Part shown: in pieces, positions 11,168 through 22,280 of the stretch
Numbering within the stretch: position 1 is the first letter of the stretch
How the letters are laid out: each line of letters starts with the position of its first letter
Assembly (NCBI RefSeq): GCF_964204645.1
Contig: NC_134028.1
Location: 13,771,653 to 13,835,652, forward strand
Direction of reading: 5' to 3'
Origin: Tubulanus polymorphus
Taxonomy: Eukaryota > Animalia > Nemertea
DNA length: 64,000 bases
Made by a program: the position numbers and the translations under genes
The notes under the pieces: generated by a model
What the model was told of the DNA's origin: nothing
The model's input: the letters and a program-made list of their open reading frames with translations, nothing else
Database searches by the model: none

Positions 11168-13036
11168 ATGGGTAGGAGGAAAAACAACCAGTGGAAAAAC
11201 CACTCAACTGGGTCACGCATCAGCCGAGGTAAACCCTCCGCTACAACTGCCTCCCAGCTCAACAGATTTGTGGTCAACCTATCAAACCACGTGGTTAGCA
11301 AAACCACCATTAATGCATTAAGCAAGGGTCTGAAATTCGTACCCAATAATGCACCGACACAGAAGGACGAACTTCTCACGGCCGCCGAAGCTTTCTTCCG
11401 CCGCCTTAGGTTGAAATATATATTTTTTAACCGTGAGAAAAACTCACTGCACCCCTTCAAAGGGAAAAGCCAATTCGATCCGCTTACATCAGGCGATCGC
11501 CGGCTCGAACGTTATATTGAACTAACGCGTACAGAGCTCAAAAAACTCAATCTCACACAAAAATTCAAATCCAATTTATCGAGAAACGAGATGAAAGCGA
11601 TCAACGAACTAAATCGGAATAAAGATCTCATTGTAAAACCCTGTGACAAAGGGGGAGCCATAGCTATCATGAGCCAAGACTCTTACAAAAAAGAAGCTCT
11701 GAGACAGCTAAATGACACCAACAGCTACCGGTCAATCGCTCCACCCGACACTACTTTAGTCGCAAGTGAAATAAAAAGAATCATAGACGATATGAGAAAC
11801 AACCAAGAAATAGACCATGTTACGTGGCTATATCTAACACCGGGATCTGATATCAAAATCCCCGAGTTCTACCTTCTACCGAAAATTCACAAGGTCAACA
11901 ACCCGGGGAGACCGATCCTAAGCGGCAACAATGGCCCCACGGAAAAGATATCCAAATATCTGGACTATTTTCTGAGACCAATCGCGAGTCGAGTATCAAC
12001 ATACATCCAAGATACCAATGACTTTCTCAACAAAATCAATTCCCTCCCTCCCCTCCGGAAAGATGCGATATTGGTGACAATGGATGTCAAAAGTCTATAC
12101 ACCAACATCCCTCACGGAGAAGCCATCAGTAGCATCCTTAGAAGTCTAGATGACTTCCCGCTACAATACGCAGTTCGCCGTCCAGACAAAAGACGCTTCG
12201 TTCAATTCCTGAATCTAATACTGAAGAGAAATGAATTCTCTTTCGGGAAAAACGAACACCGCCTTCAAATAGAGGGTTGCGCCATGGGTTCAACAGTCAG
12301 CCCGAGTCTAGCGATCATATTCATGCATTATCTCGAGACTAAATGTCTCCGCTCGGCACCGAACAATACTATACCCATGTTATATTGGAGATATATAGAT
12401 GATATATTCTCAATCTGGACCCACGGTGAAGATAAACTACTCGAATTTTTCGAACATATGAACCAATCACACCGTACCATCCAATACGAACTGACACAAT
12501 CAAGGGAGAAGGTACCCTTCCTAGACGTTGAAGTCTACAAAGGGAAAGATTTTGAGAACTCAGGTAAACTCTCAACAAGGGTGTACACAAAACCCACGGA
12601 CGCACACTCGCTCCTACACAAAGAATCGTGTCACCCGCCTCACTGCAGCAACAACATTGCATACGCACAGGCTCTCAGATTTAAGAAAATCTGCTCGGAC
12701 GAAAGCGAATACCGCTCACAATGTAAAAAACTACAGGGTTACCTCCGGGCCCGAGGCTATAGTGCTCGCGAAATCCGCGCTCAAATCTACAAAGCGGACC
12801 AACGATATCGTACGGATCTCTTACACACGCGCACAAAAAAGCGCTCATTTGATTCAATCTCACTGATCACCAAATACCATCCGAACACGGATAATATCCG
12901 TCAGTCGCTTACAAAACACTGGAAGATAATCCAATCGAACGCGACTCTGAGAATAATATTCAAGGAACCTCCTAGAATACTATTTACACGCGGCAAAAAT
13001 CTTAGAGACATTCTAGTCCGCGCGAGATGTGTGTAA
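11168..13036 (+). CDS. PLE reverse transcriptase, 622 aa (copy 3)
   Basis: Translation identical to 4486-6354. Confidence 0.95.
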   Translation: MGRRKNNQWKNHSTGSRISRGKPSATTASQLNRFVVNLSNHVVSKTTINALSKGLKFVPNNAPTQKDELLTAAEAFFRRLRLKYIFFNREKNSLHPFKGKSQFDPLTSGDRRLERYIELTRTELKKLNLTQKFKSNLSRNEMKAINELNRNKDLIVKPCDKGGAIAIMSQDSYKKEALRQLNDTNSYRSIAPPDTTLVASEIKRIIDDMRNNQEIDHVTWLYLTPGSDIKIPEFYLLPKIHKVNNPGRPILSGNNGPTEKISKYLDYFLRPIASRVSTYIQDTNDFLNKINSLPPLRKDAILVTMDVKSLYTNIPHGEAISSILRSLDDFPLQYAVRRPDKRRFVQFLNLILKRNEFSFGKNEHRLQIEGCAMGSTVSPSLAIIFMHYLETKCLRSAPNNTIPMLYWRYIDDIFSIWTHGEDKLLEFFEHMNQSHRTIQYELTQSREKVPFLDVEVYKGKDFENSGKLSTRVYTKPTDAHSLLHKESCHPPHCSNNIAYAQALRFKKICSDESEYRSQCKKLQGYLRARGYSAREIRAQIYKADQRYRTDLLHTRTKKRSFDSISLITKYHPNTDNIRQSLTKHWKIIQSNATLRIIFKEPPRILFTRGKNLRDILVRARCV

Positions 13037-13731
13037 GGCACACCACCATCTCAACCTCAATACCGTAATAATAGTCGGTTTTATGTGCTTCATACGAATC
13101 CTTCAATCAAGATTTATGCAAAATAAGGTGAAAACCGTTTAAATCAGTTTCCGTTCCGCTCATGTATAGACACTCTCAGGACTCGATATACAGCCGCTCG
13201 GACTGATGCTAAGGGCAGTCAATTTACTCCCGACGTGTCGTTTTATCAACATAACGCTATGTCCATATTCGACAACCAAGGAATACCTGGTCGAATCGAT
13301 ACCGCCCGGCGGTCACACACAAAAAATCGCTTCAGATCACATCAGATCGATGATTTTAAGAACCTCCTCAATCCAAACAGATTGAAATATAGACGTAGTT
13401 GATACATACGCCGACAGATGATCGGTGCGATTACCCTCGCAACACCAACGGACCCTGTTTTGACAGGACGGAAAGTACTCTCCACACGAGACGAGGAAAG
13501 CCCGTCCCACCTTTGCACAAATCTAACATCTATATCGGTTCTCACCACTACCCGCCACCGTAAGGCCTCGAATGTGTTGCTGATACACACGCCATCTATC
13601 TGATTAGGCTATCAGCACTATTTGCAATGACTTGCAATATAATACAGTCATACACCGACGCCTGTTTACTATATATAAAAGAAACAACACAATGTGTACC
13701 TCACATTCTCAATATGAATTACTCGTTTTTA

Positions 13732-13934
13732 TTTCTACTGTGAATGATATAATTGTTACATTGCTACACCCTCGTGAACTGGCTGCGTCACCCAGCCTCT
13801 AACGGTCTTACGGACCTAAATACAACTTTTTCTACTGTGGATATTTAAACTACATACTAATGTGTACATATTGCTACACCCTCGTGGAACTGGCTGTGTT
13901 GCCCAGCCTCTAACGGTCCAGCGGACCCAAACAC
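13732..13934 (+). ncRNA. Duplicated 3' RNA module of the terminal unit, ending 6 nt before the insertion end
   Basis: Copy of 3709-3911; array homology ends at 13940. Confidence 0.6.
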
Positions 13935-13937
13935 CTT

Positions 13938-14131
13938 AACCCGCATTTCTATTGTTCTCCATTGTTCTACTATTGATCGTTGTTGATTGAAACAGCTGCT
14001 CAATATTGATTGGTTACAATTCTATGTTTGAATGTTGTAGTTTACAGAATAAAAATATAACTGTGTATTGCGCAATAACCGGTCCGATTGAACCGCTTTT
14101 CTATTGTTCTCCATTGTTCTATTATTGATCG
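13938..14131. repeat. Approximately 41-bp direct repeat in the flank (13938-13979 and 14091-14131)
   Basis: AACC(C)GCWTTTCTATTGTTCTCCATTGTTCTAYTATTGATCG occurs twice. Confidence 0.85.
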
Positions 14132-14168
14132 CTAAAATTTACATAATAAATATATGTGTTCATGAAAT

Positions 14169-14261
14169 AGTAATTCCACCAGTCGTTTCTTTGAATTTAT
14201 TTTCAGTTGAGGATTTGATATCGAGGATCCGAAATGACTTATCTGGACAGTTATAATTACT
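14169..14261. repeat. Degenerate AGTAAT...ATTACT hairpin (H1)
   Basis: AGTAATT/AATTACT ends, AGTCGTTTC/GAAATGACT arms, internal GAATTTATTTT as in H3, H4 and H7. Confidence 0.5.
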
Positions 14262-14539
14262 GCTCCTAATAGATAGACAATAGTAGTGAGATATTAAATC
14301 CTAATTCAAATAAAATATAATAAAAAAACAATAACTTCAACTAGCTAGTGAATTCTATTATATTTTTAATACTTTCTTTTCAAAAAGAATACTTTATATT
14401 TTGAATAGATTCAAATAGAAATTCTTTAAATTCAAATAGCTAGTATCAGTAGTCAATACTAGAATTCTTTAGCTTTAACTAGCTAGTATCATTTGAAGAA
14501 TACTTATAATATTTTTTTTGCTTTTTTTCTCTAATATAA

Positions 14540-15142
14540 ATGTCAAAGAAATCTAATAAGAATAGTATTGATATTGAAAAGACATTAGATGATTTGGGTA
14601 TAAGTGATAATAAAGATATAGTTGCAACTAATTGTGCTCAAGTTGATAACAATATAGATTATGAATACTATTTATATTGTAAGCATCATCTTGAATTATT
14701 AATTGCTGGCGGGAAATCTAAGGACTTCTTAGGAAAAATAATAACTTTTCAAGAACTAGACTCTATGAAACCCGATAAAGTAATAAAATATTTTAAGATT
14801 TATGAAGAGGCAAGATTAGCTAGAATAAACGACTCTATAAGTGATGGTATTGTCAAATGTTATTCTAAGTTATGTAACCAGTTAATACCAATTGATGATG
14901 AAAATAAATTATATAATGATTTGAAAAATGACTATTTAGTTATGACTGAATTACAAAAATGGGTTGGATATGCTTCATTTCAATTAGGATCGGTTATGAC
15001 ATTGATTTCTACTGGAGTTATAACATTTTCGAACATCAAGCCTATGGAATATAAATCAGGTAAGAACGAAACAGATGTACTACAACAAAACATCGAAACA
15101 GAAAATGAATCAGAACAAAAATTAACTAAAATAAATGAGTGA
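14540..15142 (+). CDS. Polinton hypothetical protein, 200 aa
   Basis: Open ORF, TAAATG start, overlaps the next gene. Confidence 0.8.
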   Translation: MSKKSNKNSIDIEKTLDDLGISDNKDIVATNCAQVDNNIDYEYYLYCKHHLELLIAGGKSKDFLGKIITFQELDSMKPDKVIKYFKIYEEARLARINDSISDGIVKCYSKLCNQLIPIDDENKLYNDLKNDYLVMTELQKWVGYASFQLGSVMTLISTGVITFSNIKPMEYKSGKNETDVLQQNIETENESEQKLTKINE

Positions 15143-15497
15143 TGGAGTTAAGAAAAAAGCTAGATCCGAGAAACAAATTAAATGGGCAAGAGAATTAGGT
15201 AAAAGATCATCAGAATTAAAAAAAGCTAAGAAAAAGAAATTAACTGATATAAATGAATCTGATATTGATTCAAATAATAATCCATCTAATTCTTCTAATA
15301 GTGGAAGAAATAATTACTTATATATTACAATTGGGTTAATCACAATTATTATATTATCCGGTGTAATATATAAATCAAAATTCAAATCTGACGATAAAGA
15401 TGATCGGAAACTTAGTTATCCGTGTACAGACAGTAAACCTATTATACCAGAAAATAAATCAAATGAAACTAAATCTAAAATATTATTAATGGATTAA
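15135..15497 (+). CDS. Polinton small basic protein with one transmembrane segment
   Basis: Lys/Arg-rich N-terminus; hydrophobic YLYITIGLITIIILSGVIY. Confidence 0.8.
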   Translation: MSDGVKKKARSEKQIKWARELGKRSSELKKAKKKKLTDINESDIDSNNNPSNSSNSGRNNYLYITIGLITIIILSGVIYKSKFKSDDKDDRKLSYPCTDSKPIIPENKSNETKSKILLMD

Positions 15498-15500
15498 AAT

Positions 15501-16588
15501 ATGATGAAAAAAGAACAATATTTAAGAGAGTTATATTATAATCCAGAAAGTGAAGTATCATATTCAAGTGTTTCGGAATTATGGGATAAAATTAAATCTG
15601 ATAAAGAAAAAATAAAATATAGTGAATTAAAATCATGGTTACAAAATCAACCCACATATCAAATTCATAAAAAGATGGATAAAAAATATTTAACAAGAAA
15701 AGTAATGGTTTCATATATTGATCAACAATGGCAAGCAGATTTAATTGACATGAAAAACTTAGAAGAATATAACAAAGGATATTTTTGGATACTAAATGTT
15801 ATAGATATATTCAGTAGATACGCATGGAGTATCCCGATTAAAAATAAAACTGGTATAGAAGTAACAAATGCTTTTAAATCTATATTTAAAGAAGCTATCC
15901 CAGATAAAATACAATTTGATGAAGGTAAAGAATTTTATAACAAACATTTTAAAAAGCTATTAACTGATAACGATGTAGAATATTTTTCAACACATTCAGA
16001 TAAAAAAGCATCTGTTATAGAAAGATTTAATAAAACATTGAAAACTAGAATGTGGAAATATTTCACCGCTAATGAAACATATAAATATATCGATGTGTTA
16101 GATGATTTAGTTAAAGGTTATAATAATTCTAAACATAGTTCTATAAATATGAAACCTATACAAGCTAGAAAAGAAGAAAATTCAGAAATAGTTTGGAATA
16201 ATTTATATGGAGCATTTGTTACACACGATTTTGGAGAACCTAAATTTAAAATAGGACAACATGTTAGAATTTCTAAATATCGAAAAACATTTTATAAAGG
16301 TTATACCCCTAATTTTAGAAAGAAATATTCAAGATTAAAAAGATAATATTAACTAAACCATTTGTTTATAAATTGTTTGATTTAAAAGATGAAGAAATAT
16401 TAGGTTATTTTTATGAACAAGAATTATCATTAGTACCAAATCCAGATGAAATAGAATACAAAATAGAAAAGGTATTGAAAACAAAAACTCTTAAAGGAAA
16501 AAAGTATTCTTTGGTGAAATATAAAGGATATGATGATAAATTTAATGAATGGATTTTATCTAGTAAAATTAAAAGAATAAATGAATAA
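15501..16588 (+). CDS. Retroviral-type (rve, DDE) integrase with C-terminal chromodomain, split by one frameshift near 16320
   Basis: QWQADLIDM, VIDIFSRY, QFDEGKEF, VIERFNKTLK, YNNSKHSSI; second frame EIFKIKK...FYEQEL...YKIEKVL...VKYKGYDDKFNEW. Confidence 0.93.
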
Positions 16589-17192
16589 AGATTTATTTAT
16601 ATTTGAACCACATAATATGTTAGTTACTGGAGTTACAAATTGTGGTAAAACACACTTCATATTAGATTTGTTAGAAACTATTTATAAAAATCATTTTGAT
16701 AATATAATATTATTCTGTCCTACATATGAAATGAATGAAACATATAATAGAGATATAGTTAAGATAAAAAAGTTTATTATATTAGACCCTAAAACAGTAA
16801 AAGAAAATTTAGATAATTGTATAAAAATTACATTAGATATTTATAAAGGATCTAATACATTATTTATTATCGATGATTGCGCAAATTTACATGATTCTAA
16901 AATTAGAGAAAGTGAGTTATGTTATTTAGCTTTCTCTGGTAGACATTTTGGGATAACAACTTGGGTTTTAAATCAGAAATATAATTCAATTGTGAAAGAT
17001 TTTAGAGAGAATATAAGATTTCTAGTTTTATTCTACAACAAAGATAGAAAATCTATGCAACAATCATTGGAAGAAAATCAAATTATACCTACTGAATTAC
17101 ATGATGAATATATGAATAAATTAAAAAATAATAAAGGTTCCAAATTACTTATGAGATTACAATTTCCATATGAATATAAATTTATAAAATAA
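16581..17192 (+). CDS. FtsK/A32-like genome packaging ATPase
   Basis: Walker A GVTNCGKT, Walker B LFIIDD, SGRH motif, VLNQ. Confidence 0.92.
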   Translation: MNKDLFIFEPHNMLVTGVTNCGKTHFILDLLETIYKNHFDNIILFCPTYEMNETYNRDIVKIKKFIILDPKTVKENLDNCIKITLDIYKGSNTLFIIDDCANLHDSKIRESELCYLAFSGRHFGITTWVLNQKYNSIVKDFRENIRFLVLFYNKDRKSMQQSLEENQIIPTELHDEYMNKLKNNKGSKLLMRLQFPYEYKFIK

Positions 17193-17214
17193 CTATTTGT
17201 ATACCTATGTATTA

Positions 17215-17283
17215 GATACCCTAATACCTGATACCCTAATACCTGATACCCTAATACCTGATACCCTAATACCTGATACCCTA
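17215..17283. repeat. 15-bp tandem repeat (GATACCCTAATACCT) x4.6 between the convergent gene blocks
   Basis: Directly visible in the sequence. Confidence 0.95.
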
Positions 17284-17351
17284 TTAGATACCTTAAATAA
17301 TTAAAAACCCCTTTTTTATTTACTATTATTTTATACAATTTTCAACCTTTA

Positions 17352-18323
17352 TTATTCGAGTTTTAGATAATCAATTTCTGAATCACTTTCACTATCAGTC
17401 GCTAACAATTTATTTAAATGCTTTTCCGAATCTTCTTCAATATCTTTATAATTTTTTTTCACCTTTTTCACCTTTTTCACCTTTTTTACCTTTTTCATGT
17501 TTTTTACTAAATCATCAATAGTTGTTTCATTTTTAAACTTATTCTTCCAATCAAATTTATTATTATTTTCTACTTTAAGTTTTATAGAATCTTTATTATC
17601 AATATGTTTAACTGTAACTATATCATCATGTGGGTGTATGGCATCATTTTCATTATCATCTTTATTAGTGTTTGCTCCTAATATTTCATTTACAGTGTTT
17701 GATCCTAATATTTCATTAGCATCGGTTAAATCTAATTCATCTTTATTAGGTGTTGCTAATAATAAATCTTCATATATTTTTTCACCATTTACTTTTTTAT
17801 TTGAAACAAACTTTGTAACATATCTAAATGGGTGTTCTATAAATTCTCTTAAACCAACACGTTCTATAACATTAGTAATATGTGAATTTGTATTCATATG
17901 TTTATTCCAATTTGATGGAGCGTTTGAAAATTCACCATTACAATAATCACAATAATTTCTATTTTCACTAACATTTAATATTATTGCATTATTATATGTA
18001 GAAGGTATTATATTATTTGATGTAGAGGGTATTACAGATGTAGAAGGTATTGTGTTATTAGATGTAGAAGGTATCACATTATTAGATGTAGAAGGTATCA
18101 CGTTATTAGATGTAGAAGGTATTACATTATTATCAATTACATTACTTAAATTATCAACAACACCACTTTTATTATTATCGATTTCTATCAGTTTAGTTTT
18201 ATAATTTTTAAAAATAGGATCAAATATCAAAGCTATATTACAAGGTATTACATAATATAAACCATCATTATTTTCATGTGTATCGATGTATGGAATATGT
18301 TTATATACTTTACCTCCTTCCAT
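17352..18323 (-). CDS. Polinton protein with VIPSTSNN repeats, C2H2 zinc finger and KKV repeats
   Basis: CDYC...HMNTNSH; 24-bp and 9-bp coding tandem repeats; TAAATG start. Confidence 0.8.
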   Translation of the reverse strand: MEGGKVYKHIPYIDTHENNDGLYYVIPCNIALIFDPIFKNYKTKLIEIDNNKSGVVDNLSNVIDNNVIPSTSNNVIPSTSNNVIPSTSNNTIPSTSVIPSTSNNIIPSTYNNAIILNVSENRNYCDYCNGEFSNAPSNWNKHMNTNSHITNVIERVGLREFIEHPFRYVTKFVSNKKVNGEKIYEDLLLATPNKDELDLTDANEILGSNTVNEILGANTNKDDNENDAIHPHDDIVTVKHIDNKDSIKLKVENNNKFDWKNKFKNETTIDDLVKNMKKVKKVKKVKKVKKNYKDIEEDSEKHLNKLLATDSESDSEIDYLKLE

Positions 18324-18356
18324 TTATTATACATATTTTTATTAAAGTTAAAATTT

Positions 18357-19599
18357 TAATACATAACACTATCTAATTGTGAATTTATAATATTTAATTG
18401 CGCGTCAGATATAATATAAATGTGCATTTTAAAATTTTTCCTTTTTTCTTTGTCATGAATAATTGTATTCCATCTTTAGTGTTTTGTAATTTTTTTCCAG
18501 AACCATGTAATAAGTTATCTTCAGTTGTTCTAAAATCTAACCATAATGCATATTTATTACCGGTATAATAATCAATTTGATTAATGTTACAATTTTCAAA
18601 TGATTTTATTTTTTCATTCATAAAATGTTTTCTAATTTCTGGCCATTGATCAATCATTCTCATTCCTTGACAAAATATTTTATTCGCTATACCTTCGATA
18701 GTTATTTCTACTTTTGTTATTTCAGGATTATAATAATTATCAACATTTATTGCACCATTAGTATACGTTCCAATGGTAAAAAATATTAATATACCTTTAA
18801 TAGATCTTCTTGGGAAGTTAATATTCTCATTTATTATTTCATCATTTGCATTAATAGTTACAGTTTTAAATTTATCAATATAATCATATAATAATGAAAA
18901 TCCTTGATTGTATTTAGTTTGAATTATACTTGAAATATTTTCATCAGTTACTGTATCATATTCTAAACATATATTCGATAATTTATAACTCATATCTTTA
19001 ACAACGCTAGATAATACAATTTCATTTACAGGAGCAAATGTTATCTCAAATATAATATCTTCTTGAATTACGTATTTATATAAAGGGGCATTATTATTTA
19101 TCAATTCAAAGTCTAATGGAATTTTATATTTGCTTCCATATATACTTTTTATCAATTTATCTACATCATTAGTTAATATTGCGCTATTAGCTTCTGATCT
19201 TAATTTATTTTGGTTTTCTGATTGAATTCCTTGAAATATCATATTATTTCTATTTTCTTTAGTTAACCATAAATCTTTATAATGCATAAATAAATTATAA
19301 TCATCTAATGAGAAAACTGTTTCCGGACCAATCTTTATTGTTAACTTTTTAATCAAATATCTCCCAACATTATCAACAACATAATTATTATTATTACCGA
19401 TTACTTTTATATCAGCTGATAAATAAATACTGTTTGGAACATAAAAAGTATTTTGTGTTAATCTAGGAATTCTAACGTATAAAGTTTCACCGGGATTAAT
19501 ATTTGAAGGGTTATGAGTAATTATATGATGTGATCTTTCTGCTTTAATAGCATTAGATATTCTAGAAATCTTAGAAGGAATTATATAACTCCCACTCAT
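18357..19599 (-). CDS. Major capsid protein (double jelly-roll type), frameshift near the C-terminus (~18440)
   Basis: About 410 aa; NPSNINPGETLYVRIP, LVDNVGR-like, YKIPLDF, YKLSNICLEYD, KYALWLDFR; alternative frame ends MHIYIISDAQLNI..VMY*. Confidence 0.85.
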
Positions 19600-19628
19600 T
19601 TATTTAACAAAAAAATTAATTATTTATT

Positions 19629-20946
19629 TTTGATATCATGGTTTACTTGATATTTTTTGATATCATATTTACTAAACCAAAAATAATAGCACTTACAACT
19701 GTAATTAAAAATAAAATAATATGTTCAGCAGCAAAGTTAATAATGTTTCCTGCAGATTTCAATATAAAACCAACAATTGAAGCAATAACTCCTGGTAAAG
19801 CTGCAGCAGATTTCTTTGATAGTTCCCATAAATATTTTGCTAATTTCTTTAAACCATCTTTAACTTTATCTTGTATAGAATTATTGTTTGGAGGTTTATC
19901 TGGTTTATTGGGAGTAGGAGTAGATTTTAAAGCATTTGATATTGCTAAACCAATTGTTGTAAATAACATAGTTACAGATGTTAGAATTGAAAGAATTGTT
20001 ATTCCTTCTAATTTAAATAACAATTTTATTCTATCTTTTAATGATATTTCAGAATCTGAATCTTTCCAGTTTCAGAACCAGATGTATCTGATATACTATT
20101 CATCAGTTCTTCTGAATCTCTTAATCTATCAATTTGTTTTTCTAATTGTAATTTACTTGAATAATTATCAATTTGTTGAGTGTCTCTTCTCGATGTTTCG
20201 GGTGTTGAAGATCTCAATCTATCTAATCGATTTCTATTCTCTTCCATTTCTGGATCAAAATCAGTAGGATTTGGATTTTTAAATGGTGAATATTTGTTTA
20301 TATCAATTTTAGGAATTGGTTCTTCTTCATTTACTCTAACGAGTGCATTCCATATAATTCTGAGAAATTCTCTACCACCTTTTGAATTTTCAATTGTAGA
20401 TCTTGCTCGCATTTCAGGTTCAAAAATATTTTCTTGACCCATTTTAGATAATTGAATTGTTACAATATTCCTATTTAAATCAAGATTATAATACCATGCA
20501 TCATTTTTAAATTCTAAATTATTTGTGAAATATGGGTCATCTTTAAAAATTTGTTCTACAACACCTTCAGTATCAATTTCATCTGTTACACCTGATGGTA
20601 ATAATTCGTTAACAATTGTATCTGTTACTCTAGATTTCATTTTAAATAATTCCATAGGTTTATCAGGATATTTTTCTTGTTGTTTTTCTAATAGTTCCAT
20701 AAATTCTTTTCTTTCTCTTCTAGTTGAAATTCTACCCCTTTCAGGAGCTTCTAAATATTTATTTAATTTTTCACGTAATTCGGGATCATCATCATCATCA
20801 TCATCTTCACCTAAATTAGTATAATATGCTGATTCATCATTATTATCAATATTAGCACCTGCATCATTATAATCATCATCAATATATCCTTCATTATCAT
20901 TTCCCATGTCATCCAATGGAATATCTTCTCCACCTTCTACATCCAT
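19629..20946 (-). CDS. Polinton protein with acidic N-terminus and C-terminal hydrophobic helices; probably one gene split by a frameshift near 20060 (ORFs 20038-20946 and 19643-20023)
   Basis: Adjacent ORFs; the second lacks an ATG and continues DSEISLKDRIKLLFKLEGITILSIL; homolog at 52300-54385. Confidence 0.7.
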
Positions 20947-20962
20947 TTACATAATAAAAAAA

Positions 20963-22264
20963 TTAAAATTTAAAATATAATATTCCTCCGATTACAATTC
21001 CTATACAAGTTATAGCTAATTTAGTATTTTCATGGGATTTATTATCATCATTTAGTTTAATTATATCATGTTGAATTTTATCACTTTTAATATTTTCTGA
21101 TGTATTGTAATCTTTTATTTTAGAATCATTATTTAATTTAATATTCTTAGTTTTAGTTTCAGTTGATTGAATATGTTTTTTATTTTTTTCACCTTCCATT
21201 AATTTTGGGGCAGCAATAATCTTTTTATTTATATCATTTAATCCAAATGAATTATTTATTGTTGCAGTTTTAATTAGATTATTATAACCAATTATGTTTC
21301 CCATCTTCAATACTAAATCATTAGAAATAATTAATAGATTAGGGCCTATACAATAATTAAGTCTTACATGAGATTTATCTAAATAATTTTGATATCTTAT
21401 AATGTTTTCTGGAATCGATCTATTTTTATCATTATGAATTGAATCTTCAAATAATCCTTTGAATTGTTTTTGCGCATCGAATGAAGTGTTATCATTTCCA
21501 ATTATTGGGGATCTTGTTTCAACTTGCGCACCTAAAATACATATCAAATAAATTCTAATAGATTGATTTATTCTTTGTATACCTGATTTTGTAAAACCTT
21601 CACCATTTTCTAAAATGAAATTAACCCAACCATTATTATCATCAATTTTATAATTATGATAAGCTCCAATTCTATGCATATAATCAATTCTTTTTATTTC
21701 ATACTCTTCACCAACACCTTGCAATTTACCATGCGCTCTAAAATCGGAATTAATATTTATATTAAATTCATTACATATTTTATAAAACTTGGATATATTA
21801 ATATTATTATCCAATTCTTTAAAATATTTAGACCCGGGTAAAGGACATTCTAATTCATTTAATATTATTCTGATTTGAAAATATGTGTGAAATCTAAATA
21901 TTGTGTGAATTAATTTTAAATCAGAATACTTCAAATTTTTATCTAAGTTATTTAAATGATCATTCCAACTAATTCCACATCCTGTTGTTGCACAATAAAC
22001 AGCAAAATTTAATTGGTTCTGCCAATATTTCATATTAGATTTTACTTTATATATATGATATTCATCTCGAGTAAAAGTAACTTCATATGTATTAAATATA
22101 TTTTCCATTTTAGAAATAAAAAACTGTGATTCATTAACATAAATTTCTAAATTAGTTAATGAATTTAAAACTATATTTTTATATGTAATATTTTTCTTAA
22201 AATCTATTGCTGGAATATTATATTTAATTGATTTATTATATTGGAAAGCTTTTGGAAACCCCAT
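20963..22264 (-). CDS. Polinton protein, 433 aa, with C-terminal TM anchor
   Basis: WQNQLNFAVYCATTGCG motif; homologs at 54400-55740 and from 63937. Confidence 0.85.
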   Translation of the reverse strand: MGFPKAFQYNKSIKYNIPAIDFKKNITYKNIVLNSLTNLEIYVNESQFFISKMENIFNTYEVTFTRDEYHIYKVKSNMKYWQNQLNFAVYCATTGCGISWNDHLNNLDKNLKYSDLKLIHTIFRFHTYFQIRIILNELECPLPGSKYFKELDNNINISKFYKICNEFNININSDFRAHGKLQGVGEEYEIKRIDYMHRIGAYHNYKIDDNNGWVNFILENGEGFTKSGIQRINQSIRIYLICILGAQVETRSPIIGNDNTSFDAQKQFKGLFEDSIHNDKNRSIPENIIRYQNYLDKSHVRLNYCIGPNLLIISNDLVLKMGNIIGYNNLIKTATINNSFGLNDINKKIIAAPKLMEGEKNKKHIQSTETKTKNIKLNNDSKIKDYNTSENIKSDKIQHDIIKLNDDNKSHENTKLAITCIGIVIGGILYFKF

Positions 22265-22280
22265 TTATATAACTAAAAAA

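Larger units (their letters stand above)
1790..13940 (+). mobile_element. Head-to-tail tandem array of an endonuclease-less Penelope-like retroelement, unit 3341 bp, about 3.6 units
   Basis: RT ORFs recur at 4486, 7827 and 11168 (period 3341). Homology stops after AAACACCTTAAC at 13940. Tandem plus inverted 5'-truncated organisation is typical of PLEs. Confidence 0.95.

Noticed and set aside
431-13603. Recurring 60-112-aa ORFs overlapping the RT or its UTR on either strand
   Set aside because: Shadow or alternative frames with no recognisable motifs; they recur only because the unit is repeated
1790-13940. Tandem array as a pure assembly artefact
   Set aside because: Linked SNPs distinguish the units, the ends are discrete and the architecture is typical of PLEs; exact copy number still needs read support
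17215-17283. Telomeric repeat tract
   Set aside because: The CCCTAA hexamers are isolated within a 15-bp unit, not contiguous
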